This document shows, one piece after another, positions 29,674-37,817 of a stretch of 64,000 bases of DNA. Below the pieces are notes generated by a model, which ran no database searches, had not been told where the DNA came from, and was given only the letters and a program-made list of their open reading frames with translations. The stretch spans positions 497,369 through 561,368 of the forward strand of contig CAVTEY010000009.1 of assembly GCA_963733895.1 (NCBI GenBank). Direction: 5' to 3'. Source of the DNA: an uncultured Actinomycetota bacterium. Its GTDB lineage: Bacteria; Actinomycetota; Actinomycetes; Propionibacteriales; Nocardioidaceae. How positions within the stretch are numbered: position 1 is the stretch's first letter; every line of letters starts with the position of its first letter. The translations under genes and the position numbers were made by a program.

Positions 29674-31640
29674 TTGTTGGGGATGACGAGCGCGCGGTAT
29701 CGCCACGTCCCGTCGGAGCTGACCACGGTCGCGGCGCTGGTGACCCGGCCGGCGCTGAAGGAAGCGGAGCGCAAGGCGCCGTCGCTCGAGGACCCGAAGA
29801 GGATCTTGCCGCTCGCGAGCGTCATCCCGGCGGCGGTGGCGAAGTTGACGCCGCCCGCGTCGGCCTGGAAGGTCCGGGCGCCGACCACGTTGCTCTCCGG
29901 CGTGAAGTAGCGGTAGTAGAGCCGGCTGTCGGCCGAGACCGTGTAGTAGATCCGGTGTGTCGCAGGGTCGTAGAACATCCCGGTGATGGTGGAAATGGCG
30001 AAGGGGATCCGCTGCCCGGTGTCGGGGTCGTCGTACAGGTCCACCGCGCTCTGGGCACCCAGTGCGCCTGTCTTCGCGTCGAACGTGCGCTGGTAGAGGC
30101 CGTTGTCGTTGAGGCCGTAGTACAGCGTGCCGTCGAGCAGGAAGGCGCCGCGGACGTTCGACCAGGTCATCGCCGTGTTCGCGGTGGTCGCCGGACCCTT
30201 CGGCGCGCCCTGGTCGTCCACAGGCCGCCGTTCCAGCACGCTGCCGGACTCGCGGGCTCCGAACAGGGCCCCTGGCAGGTCGGCGGTTGCCACATCGCGG
30301 ACGGTGGTGCCGCCGGCCAGGGGCATCAGCGCGATCCGGCCACGCCGCTGGTGGGCGAACAACGTGGTGTCGCTGCCGACCCACAGTCCCTGTCGGGTGG
30401 CGAAGACCGCTTGGGCGCCCACACCCCGGGTTCGGCCGGGGTTCCAGGACAGCGGCAGCCCGTTGACCGGATCGAGGGCGGCGATGCCCTCGCGCGGCAC
30501 GGCGCCTGGGCCGGCCTGACCGCTTTGGTAGGGGTTGTTCTGCCACCGCTGGTGCCCACCCACGTAGACCGCGGCTCCGGTGATCGCGACGCCCTCGCTG
30601 GTGTCCCCACCCGTGTAGGCCACCCACGTGGGGTTGTTGGTCACGCTGGTTGTCTCCCACCTGGAGGTGGTGTCGCACATCGTGTTGGAGGCGACGCCGC
30701 CCCCGAACCCGCCACTGGTCGTGACCACGAAGTAGCTGCCGTCCGGTGACACGTCGACGTCGCGGACGAAGCTGTCGAACTTGAGGTTGCAGTTGTTGTG
30801 CGCCTTGGCGAACCGGTTGGTCGCCCACGGCGCGACCGTTGCCGTCGCGCCGCTGGTGTCCACAGCGGCGACCTGTGCGCGCGTCTGGCCGCCTACGGCG
30901 CCGAAGTTGCCGACCGCGACCAGCCGCGACCCGTCGGGCGTGACGTCGAATCGCTTGATACTGGTCTTCCCTGGTGTCTTGCGCTTCGGATCGTAGACAC
31001 CGGTGAACGGCACATTGACCCCCGCCAGCACGGCGCCAGTCGTGCTGTCGAGCGCAGCGAGGGCACGCCTCGTCGTGGTGACCGAGCCTCGCTTGACCTG
31101 GGTGAACACGCCGCCGATGTAGAGCCGCGGTCCTCGCACGACGACCTCGTTGACAGCAGCGTTGGGCACCCCCTTGAAGGCCGCCACCACCGCACCGGAG
31201 GCGTCGAGCTTCACGACCCGTTTGATCGCGGCGCTTCCTTTGACCGAGCCAAACGCCCCACCGACGTAGATGTAGGTCCCGTCGGTGTCCAGGGAGTTCG
31301 CCGCCCCTCCCAGGTTCGGGTTGAAGGTCGGATCGATCACGCCGGTCGTCGCGTCGAACGCGAAGATCCGATTCCGCGTGAGGTCGTCGCTGGTGTCCGC
31401 AAACGTCGCCGACGGGCTGACAGAGGTGAACGTGCCCGCGGCGATGATCTTGTTGCCGACCTGGGTGATCGCGATGACGGTCCCGTTCATGACGTGCGGC
31501 GTACCGAGGACGGGCTGATCCGACACCACCCGAGTCCCGTGGTCGGCGTTGACGGCCTCCGAAGGTGACGGCCCGAACGCGAGCACCACCAGAGCCGACC
31601 CCGCCAGGAACGTGGTCGCGCGGCGCAGCAGCGTGTTCAT
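29670..31640 (-). CDS. Secreted beta-propeller protein (delta-60/PKD-associated type)
   Basis: Signal peptide; repeated YVGGxF / LYIGGVF / VAVGNF blades with AxDxxTG and WNP motifs. Confidence 0.8.
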   Translation of the reverse strand: MNTLLRRATTFLAGSALVVLAFGPSPSEAVNADHGTRVVSDQPVLGTPHVMNGTVIAITQVGNKIIAAGTFTSVSPSATFADTSDDLTRNRIFAFDATTGVIDPTFNPNLGGAANSLDTDGTYIYVGGAFGSVKGSAAIKRVVKLDASGAVVAAFKGVPNAAVNEVVVRGPRLYIGGVFTQVKRGSVTTTRRALAALDSTTGAVLAGVNVPFTGVYDPKRKTPGKTSIKRFDVTPDGSRLVAVGNFGAVGGQTRAQVAAVDTSGATATVAPWATNRFAKAHNNCNLKFDSFVRDVDVSPDGSYFVVTTSGGFGGGVASNTMCDTTSRWETTSVTNNPTWVAYTGGDTSEGVAITGAAVYVGGHQRWQNNPYQSGQAGPGAVPREGIAALDPVNGLPLSWNPGRTRGVGAQAVFATRQGLWVGSDTTLFAHQRRGRIALMPLAGGTTVRDVATADLPGALFGARESGSVLERRPVDDQGAPKGPATTANTAMTWSNVRGAFLLDGTLYYGLNDNGLYQRTFDAKTGALGAQSAVDLYDDPDTGQRIPFAISTITGMFYDPATHRIYYTVSADSRLYYRYFTPESNVVGARTFQADAGGVNFATAAGMTLASGKILFGSSSDGALRSASFSAGRVTSAATVVSSDGTWRYRALVIPNK

Positions 31641-31867
31641 TGGGCTCCCCCCATCGCGCACCGCAGCCTTCCCCCGAAGGCAGCCATACCGGTGCTTTCA
31701 CCACACACTCGAACCCAGAAGCCGGCCGCCAACATCCCCCCTAATGGGGAAAGCGCTCCCGGGCGCCCGTCTCACAAGCGTGGCTGTGACGAAGATTTTG
31801 CTCGTGCCCGAGGCCCAGACGCCCCAGCTGACAGGGTGACCCCATCAGGGTCTGACGGCCTTGACCA

Positions 31868-32350
31868 TCACTCGGCCAGCAGGCGGTCAAGGATCGACGG
31901 CACTCTCCCGAAGATGATGAGACCGCTGGCGGACAACACTGTCCCGATCACGACCGGCACAACCCACGCCGCGAGATCCTGACCGACAGCGACGGCCATC
32001 TGTCCGCAGCCGGCGGCTATCAGACCCGCATACGACCACGTCATGCAGAACGCGTGGGTAGCGATGACCCTCGGCGATCTCCTGCCCAGGAGCATGAGCG
32101 AGAGCCCGACTGCGATTGTGACCAGGCTGGCGACTGCCAGCGCATGGAACACGCCAAACACACTCTCTCTGTGCAACGACAGGGCAGCCGCATTCACGAG
32201 AACCAAGGCGAGGACGTAGACGGTTCCGATCGCTCGGTGGGTGGGTGTGCCTTTGGGTGACAGCAGAACGGCGGCACCCGCAAGCAGCGCTGACAGCGCG
32301 GCCACAAGATGTCCGGTGGCAAACGCCTGTTCCCAGTCCACGGAGATCAT
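31868..32350 (-). CDS. DUF2306-like membrane protein
   Basis: GHLVAALSAL, KGTPTHRAIGTVY, FHALA, HAFCMTWSYAGL. Confidence 0.8.
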   Translation of the reverse strand: MISVDWEQAFATGHLVAALSALLAGAAVLLSPKGTPTHRAIGTVYVLALVLVNAAALSLHRESVFGVFHALAVASLVTIAVGLSLMLLGRRSPRVIATHAFCMTWSYAGLIAAGCGQMAVAVGQDLAAWVVPVVIGTVLSASGLIIFGRVPSILDRLLAE

Positions 32351-32457
32351 CCGATCGTCACAGCGATGCTATCTCCGCAGTCTCGCGTGCCGCCTTCCGC
32401 GCAAAGGAGAGCTCAACAAGGCACCAGAAGCTACAGAGCGGGGAGAGGACTTCCTTG

Positions 32458-32530
32458 AGCCGCCTGTCGGAATCGAACCGACGACCTATTCATTACGAGT
32501 GAATCGCTCTACCGACTGAGCTAAGGCGGC
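32458..32530 (-). tRNA. tRNA-Thr(CGT)
   Basis: GCCGCCTTAGCTCAGTCGGTAGAGCGATTCACTCGTAATGAATAGGTCGTCGGTTCGATTCCGACAGGCGGCT; cloverleaf with anticodon CGT; CCA not encoded (CAA follows). Confidence 0.98.
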
Positions 32531-32624
32531 CTGCTGCCCGGGCCGTCGGGGGAACAGCCCGGGCAACCCGGGGAAGTATACGGACGGCGGGGTCGGTGGA
32601 CGAAACCGGCTACGGGACGCCCCG

Positions 32625-32656
32625 GGGGTGCGGCGAACGCGACGACGCCGCACCCC
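32625..32656 (-). terminator. Hairpin terminator after the Cys-rich microprotein
   Basis: GGGGTGCGGCG-N10-CGCCGCACCCC. Confidence 0.6.
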
Positions 32657-32669
32657 AACGGGGACTCGT

Positions 32670-32852
32670 TCAGGCCGCGAGGGTCACCTTCCGGCGGGGC
32701 TCGGTGGCCCGGCCGGTCGTCATGGTCTGCTCGGCCCCGCACCAGCAGGTGAAGGCGACGACGATGCCACGGTCGGTGTTGGTCATCGACGTGATCAGGC
32801 CTGGAAAGATGAGCTGGCGGGTGCTGCAGACGGTGCAGTTGTGGTCGAACAT
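32670..32852 (-). CDS. 60-aa Cys-rich (CxxC...CxC) microprotein
   Basis: GGGAGG SD, ATG at 32852, MFDHNCTVC...FTCWCG...VTLAA; GC3-rich; followed by a hairpin. Confidence 0.75.
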   Translation of the reverse strand: MFDHNCTVCSTRQLIFPGLITSMTNTDRGIVVAFTCWCGAEQTMTTGRATEPRRKVTLAA

Positions 32853-32912
32853 CGGGACCTCCCTCGAAACGGACAGACGGTGTGACAGGAGCAAGTATTC
32901 GGGACTCTGATA

Positions 32913-32960
32913 CATAGGGGTAGCCTTTTCTTCCTTCAGGAGTCATAGGATCTCCCTATG
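32913..32960. promoter_or_regulatory. LysR-type operator (two T-N11-A type sites)
   Basis: CATAGG-ATCTC-CCTATG (32944-32960) includes the lysR ATG; degenerate copy CATAGGGGTAGCCTTTT 31 bp away. Confidence 0.75.
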
Positions 32961-33890
32961 CTTTCCCCACATCAGCTCACCTGCTTCCTCGCGACCTACG
33001 AGCACGGGTCGCTGACGGCCGCGGCGGAGCAGCTCGGGTACTCCCAGCCGTCCATCTCCGAACAGATCCGCGGCCTCGAGCGGTCGCTGGGCGTCCAGCT
33101 CTTCCGTCGCGTCGGACGGGGCGTCGTCCCCACCTCCGTGGCAGACACCCTGCGGCCGCACGCCGAGCGGGTCCTGGCCACCGTCGCGCAGGCCCGCGAG
33201 GCCGTGCAGAGCGTCAAGTCCCTCGAGAGCGGCACCATCCGGTTCGGCATGTTCGGGGTCGCCCGGCTGTATGCCGGCGCCGGCCTGGTGGCCGACGTGC
33301 TGGCGCGACACCCCGGCGTTCGAGTGGAGCTCATCGGCCAGAACTCCGCCGACGTGCAGGAGGACCTGAGGCGTGGCCGGCTCGAGGCGGCGATGATCGC
33401 CATCCACCAGGTGAGCAGCGAGGGCATGGAGGTGACCCCGGTCGCCCGCGACGAGATCGTCTACATCAGCTCCGACCCGGAGCGGCTGGCGACGCCGGTC
33501 ACGCCGAAACGCCTGGCCGAGGCGGCCCTGGTCATGCCGGACACGACCTGGCGGGCCGACGACTCCGTCCGAATCCTGCTCCGGCAGGCACTGCACGAGA
33601 CCGGTCGCAACCCGCAGACCCGGATCGAGGTCGAGGACCCGGAGATCGCGGTCGAACTGGTCGGCCTGGGCCTGGCCGACTCGGTGCTGCCCAAGGGAGC
33701 GGCCGAGCAGCTGCTCCCGCGGTTGGCACCGAAGGCCGGGTGGGTGTCGATGCGACCCAAGCTCTACGACAACTTCGCCATCGTTCACCGGGCCGGCGCG
33801 ACCCTCTCCCCCGCAGCACGGCTGATGATCGACCTCGCGACGGCGCGGATCAGGGAGATCGCAGAGCCGATCGGGCAGCGAGCAGGGTGA
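32958..33890 (+). CDS. LysR family regulator
   Basis: GSLTAAAEQLGYSQPSISEQIRGLERSLGVQLFRR. Confidence 0.95.
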   Translation: MLSPHQLTCFLATYEHGSLTAAAEQLGYSQPSISEQIRGLERSLGVQLFRRVGRGVVPTSVADTLRPHAERVLATVAQAREAVQSVKSLESGTIRFGMFGVARLYAGAGLVADVLARHPGVRVELIGQNSADVQEDLRRGRLEAAMIAIHQVSSEGMEVTPVARDEIVYISSDPERLATPVTPKRLAEAALVMPDTTWRADDSVRILLRQALHETGRNPQTRIEVEDPEIAVELVGLGLADSVLPKGAAEQLLPRLAPKAGWVSMRPKLYDNFAIVHRAGATLSPAARLMIDLATARIREIAEPIGQRAG

Positions 33891-35447
33891 TCAGCAGGTG
33901 AGGCCGTCGTCTGGGACGGCGCCCTGGATCAGGTAGGCCTCCACGGCCTCGTCGACGCAGTCGTTGCCTGCGCTGTAGCCGCCGTGTCCGTCGCCGTCCC
34001 GGCTGACCAGCACCCCCGACTCCAGCTGGTCGGCGAGGGCCACCGCTTCCGCGTAGGGAGTGGCCGGGTCGCGAGTGGTGCCGACCACGACGATCGGTGG
34101 CGCCCCAGCCGCCCGGATCCGGATCGGCTTCTCGGTCGACCTGGGCGTGAAGCCCCAGCAGCCGGCGAGCCCCCAGGCAAAGCCCCTCCCGAAGGTCGGC
34201 GAGACCTTCACCAGCTCCGGGACCATGGCCTCGACCCGCTCGACCGGCACGGAGGCGGGATCGTCGAGGCACCTGATGGCGTAGTTCGCCTCGACCAGGT
34301 TCGTGGAGTACTCGCCGGACGGCTGCCGGGTGGCCAGGGCGTCCGCGAAGATCAGGAGCATCGTGCCGTCCCCGTCGAGCGCGGACGAGAGGCCCTGGCT
34401 GAGGAGCCCCCAGGCCTCGCGGTCGTAGAGCGCGATCCCGATGCCCGTCGTCGCGAGTCCCTCGGTGAGGGCGCGCCCGTCGCTCGTCGGCAGCGCCGCC
34501 GCATCGAGGTCCTCGAGCAGCTCCTGGACGCGGGCGACGCCTTCATCCACTGAGTCGCCGAGGAAGCACGAGTCGGTCGATTCCAGGCAGTTCTTGACGT
34601 AGGCGCGTAGCGCGGTCTCGAAGCCGCGGGCCTGCGAGCGCGCGCCCTGACGGAGGCTCAGCGTGGGATCGACCGCGGCGTCCAGGACGAACCGCCCCAC
34701 CTTGGTCGGGAAGAGCTCCGCATAGGTGGCGCCCAGCATGGTGCCGTACGACGCCCCGTAGTAGTCGAGCTCCGCATCCCCCAGCGTGGCGCGGAGGACG
34801 TCCAGGTCACGCGCGGCCTCGATGGTCGACACGTGGGCGATCGCGTCACCCGTGCGGGTCAGGCATCCGGCGTCGGTGACCCTGCTCCAGCGCTCGAACT
34901 CGCGTCGTTCGGCCTCCGTGTCCGGCGTTGGGTCAGAAGCCATGCTCCGGTCCAGCTGGGTGTCCGTCAGGCAATCCACCGGGTTGCTCGCGCCGGTGCC
35001 CCGGGGGTCAAAGCCGACGATGTCGAAGCGGTCGAGGAGCGGGTCGCCGAAAGCGAGCTCCGCCTGCGCGGCGAAGTCGGCGCCAGAGGCGCCGGGCCCT
35101 CCGGGGTTCACCACCAGCGAACCGGCCAGGTTCGCCGGGTCGGCCGCAGGATGCTTGAGCAGGGCCAGCTCGATCGTCGCGCCCATGGGGGCGTCGTAGT
35201 CCAGTGGCACCTCGATCGTCGCGCATTCGAACCGTTCACGGCACGGCGCCCACGTCACGCCTTGGGCGTAGAAGCGGGCCAGCTTCGGGGAGGGAGGGGC
35301 CGTCGATCCCGGCTCGGGAGCCAACGACGCGGCGGGTTGTTGCTCCGGTTCGGGTTCCTCGTCCGAGCCGAGGGCGGCCAGCACCGTCACCACACCTGAG
35401 ACCAGCAGCAGGGCAAGGACGACCACCGCCACGACCACGCGCTTCAT
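33891..35447 (-). CDS. Secreted TAP-like alpha/beta-hydrolase peptidase (Hip1/SlpD-like)
   Basis: VPLDY, NPGGPG, FDPRG, GASYG, DPATPY, GHG. Confidence 0.92.
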   Translation of the reverse strand: MKRVVVAVVVLALLLVSGVVTVLAALGSDEEPEPEQQPAASLAPEPGSTAPPSPKLARFYAQGVTWAPCRERFECATIEVPLDYDAPMGATIELALLKHPAADPANLAGSLVVNPGGPGASGADFAAQAELAFGDPLLDRFDIVGFDPRGTGASNPVDCLTDTQLDRSMASDPTPDTEAERREFERWSRVTDAGCLTRTGDAIAHVSTIEAARDLDVLRATLGDAELDYYGASYGTMLGATYAELFPTKVGRFVLDAAVDPTLSLRQGARSQARGFETALRAYVKNCLESTDSCFLGDSVDEGVARVQELLEDLDAAALPTSDGRALTEGLATTGIGIALYDREAWGLLSQGLSSALDGDGTMLLIFADALATRQPSGEYSTNLVEANYAIRCLDDPASVPVERVEAMVPELVKVSPTFGRGFAWGLAGCWGFTPRSTEKPIRIRAAGAPPIVVVGTTRDPATPYAEAVALADQLESGVLVSRDGDGHGGYSAGNDCVDEAVEAYLIQGAVPDDGLTC

Positions 35448-36622
35448 CGGCCGGCCCCGTCGGGGACCTTCAGCGCCAGCATCATCGACTCCAGGGCCAG
35501 CGCCACCGGGACGTTGAACTCCAACATCTGCTCGCGCGCCTGGAAGATCCAGCGGATACGACGCAGGTTGAGCTCGGGGGTCGACGACCGCACGACCCGG
35601 TCGATGTCGGGACGGATCTCCTCGTTGATCAGCGGGCCCGGCGCTCCGCTGGCGAGGGCGATCGCATCGCGGTAGACCGACACCAGGTCCATCAGTCCGC
35701 GGTCGACGACATCGAGGTGGCGACGCTTGGCGCGGGTCTTCTGCGCCTTCTCGAGATTGGCCAGGGCCGGCGCGTACTCGCGGGGCCGACGGCCGCGTTC
35801 GACCACACCGTACGACGCGTCGAGGTCCTGCTTCTCCCGCAGATCGAGGGCGCTGGTGATCGCGTCGGCCTCCTCCTTGGTCACCTCGTTGAGGTTGGCT
35901 GCGGCGTTCATGCAGTCGCCCAGGGTCGCCAGCCGCGCGGGGATCGTGACCACCTCGCGGCGCCGGTTGCGCGTCGCCTCGTCACGAGCCAGCGCCCGGG
36001 CGCGACCGATGTGGCCCTGACTGGCCCGCGCGGCACTGGCTGCCAGCGCCTCGGACACCCCTTCCTCCCGGACCAGGAATGCGGCGACGTCGGGCGTGGT
36101 GGGGGTGGCCAGGGTGACCAGACGGCAGCGGGACCGGATGGTCGGGAGCACGTCCTCGACGGTGGGGGCACACAGCATCCACACCGTGCGATCGGTGGGC
36201 TCCTCGATCGCCTTGAGCAGGGCGTTCTGGGCCTGGTCGGTCAGGCGGTCGGCGTCCTCGACCACCATGATCTGCCAGCGCCGACCCACTGGCGCGAGTG
36301 CCGAGCGACGAACCAGGTCACGCACCTCGTCGACGCCGATCGACAGCTTCTCGGTGCGGATCACGGAGACGTCCGCATGGGTGCCGGCGAGCACGGTGCG
36401 GCAGGCGTGGCAGTCACCGCAGCCCTCGGTCTCGCACTGGAGCGCAGCGGCGAAGGCCACCGCGGCGTTGGACCGTCCGGACCCGGGCGGACCCGTGAAA
36501 AGCCACGCGTGGCTCATGCCGTGCCCAGCGGCCGCGGCCTCCAGGGCGGCGATCGCGCGGCGCTGCCCGACCAGACGTTCCCACACGCCCCCCGAGGAGC
36601 GAGGCTCCTGGAGCGCGGTCAT
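35444..36622 (-). CDS. holB: DNA polymerase III subunit delta'
   Basis: HAWLFTGPPGSGRS, CGDCHAC, NALLKAIEEP, PTIRSRC. Confidence 0.97.
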   Translation of the reverse strand: MTALQEPRSSGGVWERLVGQRRAIAALEAAAAGHGMSHAWLFTGPPGSGRSNAAVAFAAALQCETEGCGDCHACRTVLAGTHADVSVIRTEKLSIGVDEVRDLVRRSALAPVGRRWQIMVVEDADRLTDQAQNALLKAIEEPTDRTVWMLCAPTVEDVLPTIRSRCRLVTLATPTTPDVAAFLVREEGVSEALAASAARASQGHIGRARALARDEATRNRRREVVTIPARLATLGDCMNAAANLNEVTKEEADAITSALDLREKQDLDASYGVVERGRRPREYAPALANLEKAQKTRAKRRHLDVVDRGLMDLVSVYRDAIALASGAPGPLINEEIRPDIDRVVRSSTPELNLRRIRWIFQAREQMLEFNVPVALALESMMLALKVPDGAGR

Positions 36623-37269
36623 CGGACGGCCTGCCGCAGCAGGGGCCGCAGGCGGGCCCGGACCTCATCGGCGATGTCATCGGCCGGCATGCGGGCGTCC
36701 ACGACCAGGTAGTGGTCGGGGTTGGCCTTGGCCATCCGGAGGAAGGCCTCACGCACCCGGCCATGGAACTCGAGGGACTCACCCTCGATCCGGTCCCGCT
36801 CGGCGAAGCGGCCCAGGCCCTGCTCGGGCTCGAGATCGAGGACGACGGTCAGGTGCGGCCGCAGGTCCCGGGTCGCCCACCGCTGCACCTGCTCCACGTG
36901 CGCGAGGTCGAGGTCGCGGCCGGCGCCCTGGTAGGCGAGCGCCGAGTCGACGTAGCGGTCGGTGATCACGACTTCGCCCCGGTCGAGAGCCGGCTGGACG
37001 ATCGTGTCGACGTGCTCGGCCTTGTCAGCTGCGTAGAGCAGGGTCTCGGTGCGATGGGAGAGGTCACCGGTCGCGGGGTCGAGGACGATCTGGCGGACCC
37101 GGCGCCCGACCTCGGTGTCGCCGGGCTCGAAGGTCAACCGGACGACGTACCCCTCGTCGCGGAGCCACTGCTCCAGCGCCCCCGCCTGCGTCGACTTGCC
37201 CACACCCTCGCCGCCCTCGAAGCACACGAAAACCCCCGTGGACGTGTAGACGCCGGGATGCAGGTGCAC
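36619..37269 (-). CDS. tmk: Thymidylate kinase
   Basis: FEGGEGVGKSTQ, TDRYVDSALAYQG, DRIE. Confidence 0.97.
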   Translation of the reverse strand: MHLHPGVYTSTGVFVCFEGGEGVGKSTQAGALEQWLRDEGYVVRLTFEPGDTEVGRRVRQIVLDPATGDLSHRTETLLYAADKAEHVDTIVQPALDRGEVVITDRYVDSALAYQGAGRDLDLAHVEQVQRWATRDLRPHLTVVLDLEPEQGLGRFAERDRIEGESLEFHGRVREAFLRMAKANPDHYLVVDARMPADDIADEVRARLRPLLRQAVR

Positions 37270-37329
37270 GAAGTGAACCTACGAGGTGACGCCGACGGCA
37301 GTCACGTCGGGGCGGGCGTATCGCACGCC

Positions 37330-37740
37330 CTACCTGGCGTCCGTGGCACAAGCCGCCATCGGCGAGTGGGCCGCCGTCTCTTCCGAGCAGGTGTCGGGCG
37401 GTAGCGACAGCATTCCCCAGGCGATGCCCATCACAGCGGGGACGACCAGCAGCGCCACGCCCTTGCCGACCCAGTCGCGAGCCTTCTGCCACATGGTCAC
37501 CAGGAAGATGAGGGCCACGATCGCGGCCGACTCGAACCCGAACAGGACCATGTTGACGTTCGACCCGGGCTCACCGCAGAACTTGCCCTGCACCGACTCC
37601 TGCGCCGGAACGTTCGAGTTGGCCCCTCCGAAGTAGAAGCAGTGCTCGGTCAGGAACAGCAGGTGGACATAGAAAGCCCCGGCCAGCATCAGGGCGGTGA
37701 CCCCGATCAGAACCATGATGGTGCCGGGATTTCTGGGCAT
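37330..37740 (-). CDS. Hypothetical 3-TM membrane protein with four Cys
   Basis: Three hydrophobic segments; Cys pairs in the first loop and the C-terminal tail. Confidence 0.7.
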   Translation of the reverse strand: MPRNPGTIMVLIGVTALMLAGAFYVHLLFLTEHCFYFGGANSNVPAQESVQGKFCGEPGSNVNMVLFGFESAAIVALIFLVTMWQKARDWVGKGVALLVVPAVMGIAWGMLSLPPDTCSEETAAHSPMAACATDAR

Positions 37741-37779
37741 GGCTGAATTGTGACGCCGCAAATCCTGCGTGTCCGACGA

Positions 37780-37811
37780 TTGACAGTGTCTTGACAGTGG
37801 TCTGGACCAGT
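37780..37811. promoter_or_regulatory. Near-consensus dre (DasR) site with an 11-bp-period TTGACAGTG repeat
   Basis: AGTGGTCTGGACCAGT (37796-37811), one mismatch to A(G/C)TGGTCTAGACCA(G/C)T; TTGACAGTG at 37780 and 37791. Confidence 0.7.
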
Positions 37812-37817
37812 GGCGTT

